Shown: positions 37,801 to 52,800, numbered from the stretch's first letter. The stretch: 64,000 nt of DNA from Tubiluchus corallicola (GCA_030141605.1 JAQGDQ010000009.1:124001-188000), one strand, 5' to 3'. Notes: generated by a model not told the origin, from the sequence alone. Numbers and translations: made by a program.

Positions 37801-40800
37801 TTCCGTCACCGCTGTAACCAGGTTTACACTGACAATCGTAACCTCCTCTTGAGTTCATACAGACGGCGTTCATGTCGCACGAATGTGAGCCATCTACGCA
37901 CTCGTTTCTATCTGCCAATCAAAAGACAAACTGAAATGGGGCCTAACAAGGCAAGAATCTGCTAATTACTAATCAAATTTAAAATTATAAACTGCACTGC
38001 AAGATCTGTGGAGTTTTTCACACACTGTGCGATTTTTGTATTGCAACACTTTGTGGATGGAGCTTTTCTATATATATTGCGTACTTTTGTGTCCCTTGCA
38101 ACATCAACAGCGTAATGGATTCCTATGCAGGTGTATGACGCTTTGCATTATCAGCTTTTTATGTTTTGAATCGTTTTCCAACTGTGAGCAGAGCTTAATA
38201 CAATACATTACTGTATTACAACTCATCAATCTTTTCTAGTTTTATGTACTGTAGCACAATTCTGAAGCGGGCTAAGTATCTTTTACACTTTACAGTATGT
38301 AGCTTTTCTTGTCATACTGTCTAATGATTCTAATCTGTAGGAAGAGCTTATTACTTACATGTATTTTTAAGTTGCAAAATCAGTAGGTTGTAAAGAAACC
38401 TATCACGGATAAATGGATGGAACTTTTTGCCTTTGCGTTTTCTATATTGTAAAATTTGTTTGCAATGGCCAGCCCATTGTCTTTAATGTGTATGTACATC
38501 ATTACATCATTCTGATCATATCTAGCCTTTTGCAAAGCTATTCTTTTGACATGTAAATTTTTGCAAGTAAACTACAATCAGATGTCACAACACTGATTTG
38601 ATGTTGGAGATGCGATTTAGAACACTTTATGCACGAATAATATTCCAGAAATGATATGCTAATGTTTTGATACTTTGTTCAAACTAGCCAGTTTTCTCAC
38701 CAAGATAACTCACAAGCGTGTTCAGACTAGAGCCCATAAGTTGCTACGAGTTACTTTCCGCCAATAAGCGTGAGCTGACATTCACTTCTTTATGTGTCAA
38801 GAGTAACTCGCCGAGGCGTTCACACTAGACAGTAAATAACTCACAGTAACTGTCGGAGAAATTGAAATTTCTTGCCAACAGTAATTCGCAAAGCAGTTCA
38901 TACTAGCGAGTTTACAGCCAGAGAGAAAACTCGCAAAAGAAAGCTTGCTAGTCTGAATGTGTCGTTGGGGGTGAAATTATTTAAATGGAGAAAAGAAAAT
39001 GTTGCTCTACAATCTTCGACTTACCTTCACACGTGTATTCATCAATTCTAATGTGTCCTTGCACGCATTCACATCTATAGCTGCCAACAGTGTTCACACA
39101 TATAGTATTCTGTCCGCATTGCTGCATTCCAGCATCAAGCTCGCACTCATTTACGTCTAAAAACACAAAAAAAGTTTTTAATATCTTTAAAAGTTTTCAA
39201 AAGTCGCCAAAAAAGTTTTTAAATCTTTTAGCGTCACGATTTGTGAACATTGAACAACTTCCTCACAGTAATGTGACATCTTCTGAACTTACTCTAATGG
39301 TCACCGTGAGGTCACTCTGAGTCATTCGACGCCACGTTAAAAATGGGATTGATTTTTAGTTTACCAAACTCATCTTTTTTGTTTTTTACTTTATGGTAAA
39401 ATACATAGTACCATAGCCAAAGAAACTTATTGAAACCCTTTTAAAACTAAGGATTAACAGCCTGAAACTTTACCGTTGCACTGTTTGCCGTCGCCACTGA
39501 AGCCGTATTTGCAGGCACAATACCGGTATGGCGGCGTCGGCAAGTTCTGACATGTTGCGTTCACGTGACAATCATTCTTCAAGGCGCACAAATCCGTCCC
39601 TATGCAGAAATTACAACATTCTCCTGGTACAGAAATGTGTTCGCTTTTTGGGCATCTTAGAGGAGGACAGAAGTTTGCCGGATTCTTTTGGTCACAGTTT
39701 ATTAGTCCATCCTAAAAAGTTTTAATTGAAGTAAAATATGCTGGTTTTCCCTACTGCTGAGTTAACCCAGCAAAGGCTTTAAACATCCACACCATATCCA
39801 GCTGTTGTAATAGCAACACTGAATTAAACTAAACTGGATAGAAAGGTTAAATCAATACTTTCAGGGTTTACCAGAATCGTGACAGTCAGGTATGAGCACT
39901 ATACAGTTCAAGTAGATTATTTACCTTCAAGCTGCAACAGCATTTCTGTTGCATAATTTGGGTGTGTACGTCTAGTAACGTCACCGTAGAAACTGAATAA
40001 AAATGCTGCCGTTGTCATAACCATAATTAAGATTAAAATTTAAGGAATTGCGGCTTAAATCTCAATGATGGTTCACATTTTGCAACGAAAACCTTTTACT
40101 CGGTTGATGCGGTTTATATCGAATTTACAATAAACAACTATAGATGGCACCACAACAATGTATGTCACATGGATAATAATATATTACGCGTGTTAAGTTG
40201 TTAACCCTATATTATTTGTTTTTTATTGCTATATTATTTGCAACAACATTTCTGTTGCATAATTTGGGTGTCTAGCAACCGCACCATAGAAACTGGATAA
40301 AAATGGTGCCGTTGTCATAACCATAATTTAAATTTAAACCTGTGGAACTGGGGCTTAGACCGGTTTACTCTTAATGATGGTTCGTATTTCGCAACGAAAT
40401 CTCTTACTCGGTCGAAGAGGTTTTTGTCGAATTTACAATAAATAACTATAGATAGCAATACATATATGTATGTTACATTGATAATAAAATACTGCGTTTG
40501 TTAACTCTATATTATTTGTTAATTGCTGTGCACACAGTTTGAGTGCCATCTATTGGGAAATACGCTAACTATAGAAACCACTAAATTGGAAGAATACTTT
40601 GTTGATAATTATGTCTTACATTGATTATAGTATTATACTTACATTGCACGAGCATAGTACGCATGCGCGTGGACTATATTTCTCTCCATGGCTCAGCAGC
40701 AGTCCTCCAAATCTGCACGATTCTGTAACAGCTTCAAGATTAACACAGTTCCATAACATACTATAACTTAGCAAAGCTAAATCAAGCAAAACTAAAAAAT

Positions 40801-43800
40801 TGCAGAGGTTTAAAAAGTTTTTGCGGCGTTGCTAAAGTGTCTGTGATTTTCCTTTGGCATAAACTTGTCAAAGAATAAATTATTTCTCTAATAAGCAGAG
40901 TGAATTTTACATACAGAAGCGTACGGCGATTCTGCGGCCAAACTTATTAGTTATGTATGTAGGTCAAACTTATTAGTTATGTATGTAGGTCAAACTTATT
41001 AGTTATGTATGTAGGTCAAACTTATTAGTTATGTATGTAGGTCAAACTTATTAGTTATGTATGTAGGTCAAACTTATTAGTTATGTATGTAGGTCAAACT
41101 TATTAGTTATGTATGTAGGTCAAACATATATCTTTTACTTATGTATTTACGTGTTATGTATTTGTACTAAAGTTCGTAATCACTTACACTATAGCTGCAG
41201 TGATTTAATAGATAAATTTGTCAAAATCAAAAACTACAACTGTCAAACTACGGCAAACCTCTGGAGAAACCATACTTACTTGGACATTCAGGACAACATT
41301 TTCCAGCAGGTGTAGTAGGATTGAGACAGCTGACATCTGGGCACACTTCTGACTGACATTTCACTGTGCCATTCTGTTACAAAAAATATGGTACATAGAG
41401 CTCTGGATTTCAGTGTTTTAAATTGAAGGACAAGAGAGCCCTTTACTCACGTAAAGCTAAAAAATGCTTCTTCAAATTTTGTTTTACTGTACTTACATGC
41501 TGCCTTATTGCGCTTGTATTAGCAACAACGTTGCATAAAACTTGTAAACTTAAACTCCCGCGATGACTGTTAGGCGTTGCCATTATAATAAAACATTGAA
41601 ACAAAAACCGAATAATAATAGGTAGGCTGTTTGAAACAAGTTTAAATAACATCGTGTAAAATTTGAAAAAATGATAGGAGCAATCGGTGAACCAATGACG
41701 TTTTTGGTGCACACGGAGATAGTGAAACAATGGCACTTTATCTGTCGGCGCTAGCATTTTAAATGATCAAGTGATTCTTTTTCACTTACATATGTATTTC
41801 AAACAGGTAAGCGTAACCTTAAGTAGTATAATTTTGCATTGAATTTTGTATAAGACATACTTTAAAATGATATTTTATTTTATTTTAAAAGCACTAGATG
41901 ATTAAAGCAACCTTAGTAGACTAACTAAGTAGATTTCATGATCCCAACTGAATTTCTGCAACTCAACAGAGCTCCCGTAGGCTCGGTGATAAAAAATCCC
42001 AATAGACGGCACTCAACGTATGCTATAAATCACTATCACAACTTCATAAATTTATTTATTGTGGTGCCACCTATTACTAACTTATGAAAATTACAACATA
42101 ACTAAAGACATCTAATAACAATGCAAATTTTAAGGCGGCGTTACCTGACATGAGCATGATTGACATATACCAGGTTGCCATATTTCCCCGTTCCTTTTGG
42201 CAGAACCTTTCCAAACACAACTTTTGCTGCATTCACAACCAGATAGGGCTTGTATACGTTCATCTAATGTTTCTATCTGCAATAATTATAGACGCAATTC
42301 ATTTATAAAGGGTAAGTAGTAAAAACGTAATATAATTAAATTTTTACATATCAACTGCTTTGTAGAGAAATACTTGTCTAGTCTCTTGTCTGGGTTTTTA
42401 ATTTTGTTATGACTGTTCGACGAGTGTTCGTAATTATCACTTGGATAAGTGGATTTTTGAAAAGTGAATTGTCTAGTTCCAATTAAATTAGTAAAAGGGG
42501 TTATTAAAGAAATTGTATTGTATCTTTTTTAAATTACTGTAAACTATCTTTTGGTGTTTTAATTAAAACTTTTCTAAGAAATTTAGAAGTTTCGAACAGT
42601 TTCCAAAAAAACTGCAATACGATACGCTATGATACAATACTATGCAGTACAATGCACTACAAAACGATACAATACAATACAATACAGTGTAGTGCAGTGC
42701 AGTGCAGTGCAATGCAATGCAATGCAATGCAATGCAATGCAATGCAATGCAATGCAATGCAATGCAATGCAATGCAATGCAATAATACAATACAATACAA
42801 TACAATACAATACAATACAATACAATACAAAACAATACAATACAATACAATACAATACAATACAATACAATACAATACAATACAATACAATACAATACAA
42901 TACAATACAATACAATACAATACAATACAATACAATACAATACAATACAATACAATACAATACAAAACAAAAACAATGCAGCACAACGCAATGCAATGCA
43001 ACGCAACACAATAACATACAATGTCTACAATGTAATGTAATGGAATGGAATGCAGTGCAGTGCAATGCAATGCAATGCTATACAATACAACACGACATAC
43101 AACTCAAGTCACAAGTTGTAGCACAAACCCACATCTCAGGGATGAACACTACACGAGTCCACTTGACATCATAATACAGCGCAATGCCCACATAGCTTCC
43201 TGTCAGTTGAAGAAACATTAATAATTTCTACAGAACGAGATTTCTTTTTTTAACAAAATTAAAACATGGTGGCGCCTTTTTAAATCAATTCGTTTATAAA
43301 GTACAAAATTAACATGCAGAAACAGGTTTAGTCATTTCAATGAATCAGGTGTGTAAACGCAGTTTTTGATATTTCTCAGAGTCCTCCTTAAAGATGAGTC
43401 AGGCTTGATGAAGTCTTCTGATTCATCACATGACACTAACCTTCTGCGTGAGGGCTTCAACTAGTTTCTCCAGTGAAGCCACTCTGTCTTGCATCAAGTT
43501 GAACTCGCCACAAGTTGGACAGCCTGTTAAAGCATAAGATTAACTTAACTTACACAAAGTTAAAAAATCGACTTGAAATTTTTGTATCGCCTATTTACTG
43601 CCTTACTGCATACAGAGCTTGCGTTAGCAACAACGCTGTATAAAACATGTAAATTTAAACTCCCGCGATGACCGTTAGACGCATTAATTTTAACGGTAAG
43701 TCTCTGAAACAAGTTTAGGTAACATTGCATAAAGTTTAAAAAAATAATCAGAGCATTCATATTACACATTTCCCTACTAAGCCAAAGTCTAAATTAATGT

Positions 43801-46800
43801 TCCTTGTAAATAACGATGTATTGTAAGTAACGAAAATGTGTTTTTGTGAGCCAGTGGTGCACACTGGGAAGGTGAGTCAGTGACGTTTTACCCGGTGACG
43901 CGAATATTTTGAATTAAGGATTTTTTTTTCAATCGCGTAAATCTTTTGAACAGCTAAGCATGATGCAAAGTAATACAAATTTGTATGGAGAGTTTAACAG
44001 GACATACTTCAAAATTCTCTATTCTTCTTTTTAAACAAAGCAAAACATGTCAGACAGTAGTGATGCACACAAACTTCATACAACTTATATAAAAATATTA
44101 ATTGGCTAAAGTCTGGATATGGGCCTATAAAACGATTTTCTGAAGATTGTTATAAAAACTTGTTTAAAGTTCAATAACGTCGCGAACAACAATGTTCCAT
44201 TCTTGTTTTAAAAAAACAACTTTTTCTAGATGTTTCATTGTTATAAACGCAACGATCTATTTGCACTTCTTGTCTGAAATGCTGATCTGTATGCATCCAT
44301 ACACACTTACCAATAGAACTAGAGATTTTTAAAGTGGGTGCATTTCTATTTTATTTTTTCAGCGGATATTTAACTCGTTTCTATCAAAGAATAATTTTAG
44401 CCAGCTCACTTCTTCCACTTACCAGCATCCACGTGTGGACATTGTTCCAGGTAACCATGGGATTTCGCAATTATTTTTACATCTTGCAATTTACCCTGTA
44501 ACAATATACAACAATGCGTTTTGTTATAAATACGGCAATTATATCTCTATTACATACAGTAGAAACCAAGCAGTGTTATTTAGTTCACTACAATACACAG
44601 TATCTTTTCGTGTCGTAATGTGTTATGTCGTTATGTGTTGCGCTGCATTGCATTGCATTGTGTTGTGTTGTGTTGTGTTGTGTTGTGTTGTGTTGTGTTG
44701 TGTTGTGTTGTGTTGTGTTGCCTTGCGTTGGTTTGCCCTGTGCTGCGCTGCACTGTATTGTATTGTATTGTATTGTATTGTATTGTATTGTATTGTATTG
44801 TATTGTTTTGTATTGTATTGTATTGTATTGTATTGTATTGTATTGTATTGTATTGTATTGTATTGTATTGTATTGTATTGTATTGTATTGTATTGTATTG
44901 TATTGTATTGTATTGTATTGTATTGTATTGTATTGTATTGTATTGTATTGTATTGTATTGTATTGTATTGTATTGTATTGTATTGTATTGTATTGTATTG
45001 TATTGTATTGTATTGTATTGTATTGTATTGTATTGTATTGTATTGTATTGTATTGTATTGTATTGTATTGTATTGTATTGTATTGTATTGTATTGTATTG
45101 TATTGTATTGTATTGTATTGTATTGTATTGTATTGTATTGTATTGTATTGTATTGTATTGTATTGTATTGTATTGTATTGTATTGTATTGTATTGTATTG
45201 TATTGTATTGTATTGTATTGTATTGTATTGTATTCTATTGTATTGTATTGTATTGTATTGTATTGTATTGTATTGTATTGTATTGTATTGTATTGTATTG
45301 TATTGTATTGTATTGTATTGTATTGTATTGTATTGTATTGTATTGTATTGTATTGTATTGTATTGTATTGTATTGTATTGTATTGTATTGTATTGTATTG
45401 TATTGTATTGTGTTGTGTTGTGTTGTGTTGTGTTGTGTTGTGTTGTGTTGTGTTGTGTTGTATTGTATTGTATTGTATTGTATTGTATTGTATTGTATTG
45501 TATTGTATTGTATTGTATTGTATTGTATTGTATTGTATTGTATTGTATTGTATTGTATTGTATTGTATTGTATTGTATTGTATTGTATTGTATTGTATTG
45601 TATTGTATTGTATTGTATTGTATTGTATTGTAACTAATCTATCTGATAGTTGAATAAAGAAATGAAACGCCTTTGCGCTGATTGGGATAATAGCGTTTGC
45701 ACTGCTAAAATTATTGTTTACATTTAAAATACTGTTTTGGACGTGGACTGGAGGAAGTATTGATTTTGTAAGTTACAACGTTAACACTTTGTTACGAGAT
45801 TTTTGTTATGTCAACAGGTGGGCCTTATAATAAATTAATTGCAGAAATACCGAATTCTTTCTCACCTTAAATAACGAATGTCGTATACTGCCCTGACCCA
45901 GCCAAAACTCGATGCTCTTATCCAGATGTCTGTCTATACCTGGAATAACTCTTTGGTGGATTCTCTCGCAATCCACGTAGATGGCTAAGTGATGACCACT
46001 GAGAGATACAGCTAGACGATGCCAATGATCATCTGCTAAATCAGTTTGAAAAATCTCACTTCTTGTACGATTATGATATGTATAATGGAATCGAAGCTCG
46101 CCCTTACGACCACTGCTTTGAACGTCTAAGTATCTGTAAAATTGCGCGCATATAGACATTAAAATTTCATTATTTCTGAAGTTACAAGTGCAAAAACTAT
46201 GAACTTTTTACTTGTCCTTTAAAGAAGCAGCGTAAGATTGGACTGAAATTCACGAGGAGCTATTAAAGATCTTTACATTATTGTAGCTAGTGGTAAGTCC
46301 ATCAACCACAATCATGATGCGTTTAGAAATTTAAGGCGTAATGAAGTCCGTACAAAGATTGAAAACTCAAACCAGAGCGTTTAATTTGCTGTTAATGCAA
46401 AGAACGTGATAGGCTGTTGATAACTTCCAAAAAATTCGTTGTTTTGATAAAGTAGAATATGTTATTAGATAAAAATTAAAATACTAAGATCGAATAACCG
46501 TAAATCAACTTACGGAATATTTTCTTTTGTTACGGAAACTATTGATCCCGTGTTCATCGGATGTTGTTTTAAAGTAGCAATGAAAGTTAATTCATTACTT
46601 TCGGAAAGAAGTATTCTAGCATATTCCGTTGTGGCTCTTGACATCCTTAAAACCCGCACATCACCTAAATGTGCAAAAACACCAGGTTAAGCACATTCAG
46701 AACGGGTTAGCAAGAATCAAGTTACATCAGAAATAAAAAATAACACGATTTTTATGGTTTATCTGCTTTATTAATCGTTAAATTCGGATTCAAAAAAGAT

Positions 46801-49800
46801 TATAACAATTTTAGCCATGTTTTTCGCCATCTTTCTTCTGTTCAGCCTACGAAAAAAGATCTTTTCTTCCCACCACGCGCACACTACGACTCTCGCCCCG
46901 AGCGAGACAAACGCTTTATCTTTAGATAAAAAATGCCTATGATTTACCACATATTATAGGAAACCTATATACCATATTAAATTCAGCTCCATATGCAAAT
47001 TTTACAACAAATGGTAAAAGACAAATATTACGGAAAATACATTACGGTGGATACACAAAATTTAACATCATATGTACTCCTAGACATCAGACAATCATTT
47101 TTCTTACCCACATATAAACTTAAAAATTGGGAAATTCCAAACCACAAATGCTTTACTTATAGGTAAATTTAAGCAAATAAAAATTTGGAAATAGACAGAT
47201 ATTGAAATTATACCTAAGTTCTGCACTACTTCCACTATGTCTGCTTCTCCTGATTCAATATAAATTTGACTATTACAACAACAACTGGGATATCGTGTTG
47301 TATTCTTGTTAGCTTCAAATTGGTAGGGAGGTTTCGACGTTTGGACAGAAGCCCATTTTTCGCAACTCTAAAGGCGGAACCGCCGTGCGACAGCTGACAG
47401 AGAACCGGGAAACGTGTAACGCGAGCAGAGTCCCTGGGATGAAGCCAGGTCCCGGAAGAGTCCTTGCTTGCACTTTCCCGGGATTACTCCGAAAACACAA
47501 CACAGCCGCCAGATGCGTTTAACAGAAAGCAGACGAAACACCTGTGACGTATTACGTATCCCAGGATGCATCTGTTACAGTTGGCTTCGGCAGCGTAGTA
47601 GTAAATACAAGGGAAATCTGTTAATCTTACAACGAGGCGGTGCCCTTGTTATGTGCGAGGTTTTTACTAACGTGATTTCTTGAGGCGGAATCTTTGTAAA
47701 TTGGGCGTCATGTACAAAGTTATCCACGGCGGATTGGTTAAAAACTGAAGTTAACACTAACAGTATGTAAAGCAGCCACAATGCAAAGATTCGGGCAAAA
47801 GGACTGATGATTACTGATGAAGTAAATGAAAACTAAATTTTAAACTATATCTGCCCTTAAAATATAAAAAGGAACATACTATTTTTTCAAGAATGACTTA
47901 CGTAAAAGAATTATTATCACAGAATGGTAATTTTGCGTTCGCGTGGCTAGTTTTTCTCGAAACTTGATTTTTAAACTTAAATTTTGCCGAGTTTGTCACA
48001 CTCAATGTTGTACAGTAGCACTGTACTTCAATTTTCGCTTTGTGGTATGCAACACGTTCGTGGAATGTTTGTGCAGTTGGAAATTATGTTCAGTTATGAT
48101 GTCACCACTACTTGGGCTCGTCTGTCGTTAATTAAGTTTTTAACCTATTATTTAATTCCAGAAAAGCATTGGCATTATTATAGGTCTTAAAATGTATACT
48201 TTTAACCGTACTTCAAAATGGGATAGAATAAAACGAAGACAACTTAATGTTACAACTGGTAGAAAAAAAACTAAAAACGCGCTGAAGCAACTTCATGTAA
48301 AACATGATCATAAGTCTAATAATATAAATTAATATTAAAATAATAAGTATTTAAATTATTTTGGTACAGTATTAAAATATTATTATTAAATTACTTAGAC
48401 AGCCATTGTCCCTATCTGGGCCGTTGTGGAACGTCACATCTAGAATATATTCACCTGGTTACTTCCTCAGTGAATAGATGCGTAGTAGACAGTGTAAAAA
48501 ACAATTCATGCATTCAAGAAAGGTGAGACAGAAAACAGAAAATAGAGGCAGAGTGGAGAGAGCTGTGCTGGCTCTAAGATTTGGCATAACGTGAACCATA
48601 ACATTGTTGTAATTCACATTGTTTTGAACTAGCTAACAAATTATTTTCTCTGCCGTAGTGTTTGGCATAATAAATCAAAACCATTGTTTATCAAGACTGC
48701 AGTTTTTTTCATCATTACTGTTCATTCATGATTTCACGTTATACGATCCAAATGAAAGCTGCAATGTAACAGAACCAACCAACAACTGCGCATGTCTTTT
48801 ACAAACCGTCACGCTATCACAAAAAATTGATTTCAACTCAAATGGGATAAAAATGCTCAAAAATTGCAAAGCAGCTTCTGTTTTTTTGTAAAGTATACTT
48901 TATAAACTAAATCTGCTAAATAAATTCAACGTGTGAAACAAGAGCTCACTCCCCGCAGTTAAATCTAATGCACATCTCACTCAACAATGTTGCTACGTGA
49001 CCAGGCGCGCAGTGCTCCTTGTAATTAATACGCTAATTATTCTTTGATCTGGGTGGGTAAAACAAATTTTTCGATGTAGAACACTGACATTTTATCCAGG
49101 GCTTCATTAAAGTCAAGAATGACATCCCTAGATTAAAAACCTGCAGAATAACTTGAGGATTGCTATGTTCCAGTGTAAAAGGTGTAAAGCTAAAGAACAA
49201 GTTCGTTCCCTTTTCCGCTTTTATTCAACAACATGTTAATGTCCTTCAATTGACCTTCATTAAGATTTCTTGGTAAGGCTCTGATATCAACCTGTCGCTT
49301 ACTAACCTCCCACCACTCTGACGCAACTGGCTGTACTGTGAATGGGAAATCTTTAAATGTGTTTAGTCTGGCCTGAATTGGCAAAATTAGAAAAAATGTT
49401 TCACTCTTGTTAGGTTAAAACACGAGAAAACTCCTGACTTACGTCAAGCTAAAAAATCGTTTTGAAATTTTGTGTCACCTGGGTACTGCTTTATTGCGTA
49501 CAGAGCTTATATTAGCAACGACATTGTATATAATTTAAAAATTTAACTCTTGTGATAACCGTTAAACGCAGCCATTTTAATAGTAAGTAAATTGAAATAA
49601 GTTTAGATAACGTTGTGTAAAGTTTGAAAAATAATCAGAGCATTTGTATCATACACGCACACACTTCACTAACTAAGCTAAAGTATAAACTACTCTACCT
49701 TGTCAATAAAAGAAAAACGTTTTTGGCGAGTCAGTGTTGCACACCGGGAAGGTGAGTCAGTGACGTTTTACCAGTTGGCGAGAACATTCTAAATTACTAA

Positions 49801-52800
49801 GAATTTTCTCTTATAGTTACACAAGTTTTTCAAGCTGATAAGAGTAATGCTGAGTAATATAACTTTGTATGGAAAATTTTTCGGGACATATTATAAAATT
49901 GCCTTCTCTTCCCTTATAAGAGCATATAACTCAAAATAACTGAAATCACAAATATATTATAACAGCACGTGTCAGTACTTACCTGAAAGGTCTAAAGCAG
50001 GAGTGTGAAAAAGGCCCTGAACTCGTCTGACCCCTAACGGTCGCCGAATAGGATCCGATGGTAATCGTTTTATGACGTCATTAATTAAATTGACTTCTAG
50101 TCGCGACCTTATTTGTTCACAGAAAGCTGGAAAATACATGTTAAAATTTAGTAATCTCGCTAGATTTTAAATATCAAACAGAGTTTGTATAATTTACTTG
50201 GAAAACGAGTGTAAACGCTATAAAAAGAGACTACGAAAAAGAGGCGGTGTGAAAACGAAGGCAGTCGATGAGTAATAATAAGTTATTGAACAAAGTTTCT
50301 CCACAGTAGAGGAGAAAAAGGAGAAACAAACGACGGGGAACAAAGGGTTAGTAATAAATGAGAGAATAAAAATAAGAGAAAAGAATGAGAGCACCAAGAA
50401 AGAAAAAGAAAAGTAAAGGAGAAGAAGAGGGATTAGAAAACGACTGGTGGTATAGAGCAGACAGTGTATAACATCTCAAAGCATCTAAGCGGTTGCGCAA
50501 AAATTAGCATCAGTTATTATGACAAGACAAGCAATTTAAACAAATAGTTGAACAAGGAATTTTTGAGCCTATAAGTAATTTGAGTATATAATTTTGTAAT
50601 GGCAAAGTGTAATTAGGACACAGTCTGTCGTTGAATACATTTTCCTAAATCTGTACACGGACTAGTCTGTGTGTGCTCAAACAAGCTATTGAAAGTAATT
50701 GCTATAGCCACACCTAATAAATGAGCAGACGGGTAACCTGAACAGGTAAGTCGTGTCGACACATTTGTTTCCGTGCTGTTTTTATTCAATAAATAATTTC
50801 TGGTACTTGAATTAACCAAATAATGAACACATTATGCTATTCTGTGCCACGGCTGCGTTATTTTTATTGCACTCGGCAGGTGACTGCGACACCCGCTGTG
50901 TAATGATAATGATATAAAGTTATCGGTAATTATACGCTGCAATTATGTACACGCTATTTACGCGTTGCGCAAATGAAGCCAGCCCAGCTGATGACGTCAC
51001 CGTCGTTGATTGAATGCAGAGGAAATACCGAAATGGTATCACTAATTTGATTAAATGGCATTAAATGGTTAAAGCTTGATTGTTTGCCAAGACAATCGAT
51101 GCGGTTTATGAGCTTATATAAGGCCTGTGTGACTGTCGGTTAGCATTCTTTTACTAAACTAATTCAACACTTAACACGTGAGCAGCATGGGAAGGAGTGA
51201 CGGGGAAGGTGTGTGGGAGGTAGACGGCGCGTAATTGAAAGTTATTGTCACACAGTGGCGCTCAATCCGGAATAGAAATACGTTGGTCTGACTGCATCCC
51301 ACGCTGATACGGTGATTATCGTAATATGCAACCACTGCTTTCAGAAATTGTGGCGCTGTAAATTACCATAAATAAATTTATAGCAACAGCTAAATCATTT
51401 GAGCTTTTTCGTAGTTTGAGTCAGCTAAAATTAGAAACTCTTAATTAGTTTACGCTCATAACTTTCTTAAAATACGATGCTGGTTATTCCAAAAGGTGTG
51501 CGGCAGCGTTTATCAAATTGATGTAATAAACACATTCATAACTTAGATGGTAAATGCAAATTTAGCCGGAAAAAATGCGAGACGGCAAAAGACGGTTTGA
51601 ACTAAAGCCTTTTGGATACTGAAAGCTTCTAACTAAATATATTGTCACGTCCACGTCCACGCCTACAACCTACAACTCAGCGAAACACAATGTGTACAAA
51701 CTGAGTGCACACTGAACACAGCACAAAACAGCACCGTACAGCGCAGTATAACACGACACAGCACGTAACTCAAGGCAATGTGCAACAACACAACAAAATA
51801 AGCGCAACAAAATGAAATGCTCTGCGGAGGGATAAAAGCTAAATGTCTTGACTACTGGATCATGCGTGCGATGGAATTAAAATGCATTTTAAGCACTTTT
51901 ATACTTTCCTTTCATCTTGTACAACTCCTATTATGCACTAAGTGCTGCTATCAATTCAGAGTAATTAACTAACCCCGTATTTAGAATAATTGCTAATAAA
52001 TCCAAGATTCAACGTTAATCGTTGATGATGCATCATCAGCAAAGATAATAAATTACTATTTGCGTTATTTGTATTTGTCAGTATTTATTTGCAATTTTAT
52101 TTATTCTGTAATGAGAAAGTGAAGCAAAAATATATATTAAGACACGCACACGAAAATGCTGGAACAAAACAGTAAATTAAATAGGGAACAAAACTGAGAA
52201 AAGTAAATTAGAAACTATAGTTTTGTTAACTGCGTGACAATTTTGTGTGAGGAAGATAGAAACTGGACGCAAACCGAGTGTCAGAATTCGCCCAGAAATC
52301 TACACAAATCGCATGTATAAGGGAAAAATTTACCAAGCTACATCAGGTGACCCAAGTCGCGAAAAGGGCTTCATCTAAGGCAGCTGTTGCGTTTTTATGG
52401 TTAATAAATACATAAAAAACTCTTATCGTTTGCACCAAACGACTCAAGCAGGGGAACAAGTGTTGACAAGCAAATTCAATGACCTCAAAAGCGAAAGAAG
52501 CCAGACAGAGTGGCGTTGGATGTTTAAAAAATATTTTGCAAAAAAGTTAGAAATAAGATAGCTTTGCAATTAGATTTATGCAAACCTTATGGGAAAGGCC
52601 GTATGCTACAATGATAAATTTTGATGCAAACACTTGTATTATTTTGTTTTATCATTCTATAGTGCTTTGTGCTGTAGCACATTGTACGTTTTGTGCTTGT
52701 TGCACAGCGTCATATTGTATGATATACTGTTCTGTATGTGTTGTAGCTGCTGATTTGCGCCGTAAAGCACTGAGTATTGCTGAACTGATATTCTGATGAT

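Noticed and set aside
44435-45653. 337-400 aa CIVLY-repeat ORFs (also 42563-43174, 55802-56271, 24055-24342)
   Set aside because: Translations of stop-free pentanucleotide microsatellites within introns
47320-47620. Telomerase RNA, U11 or RNase MRP identity for the structured island
   Set aside because: Only short motif resemblances (CTCTGTCAGC, AAAAATGGGCTTCTGTC, GGAAAGT); no telomeric template, Sm site or P4 pairing
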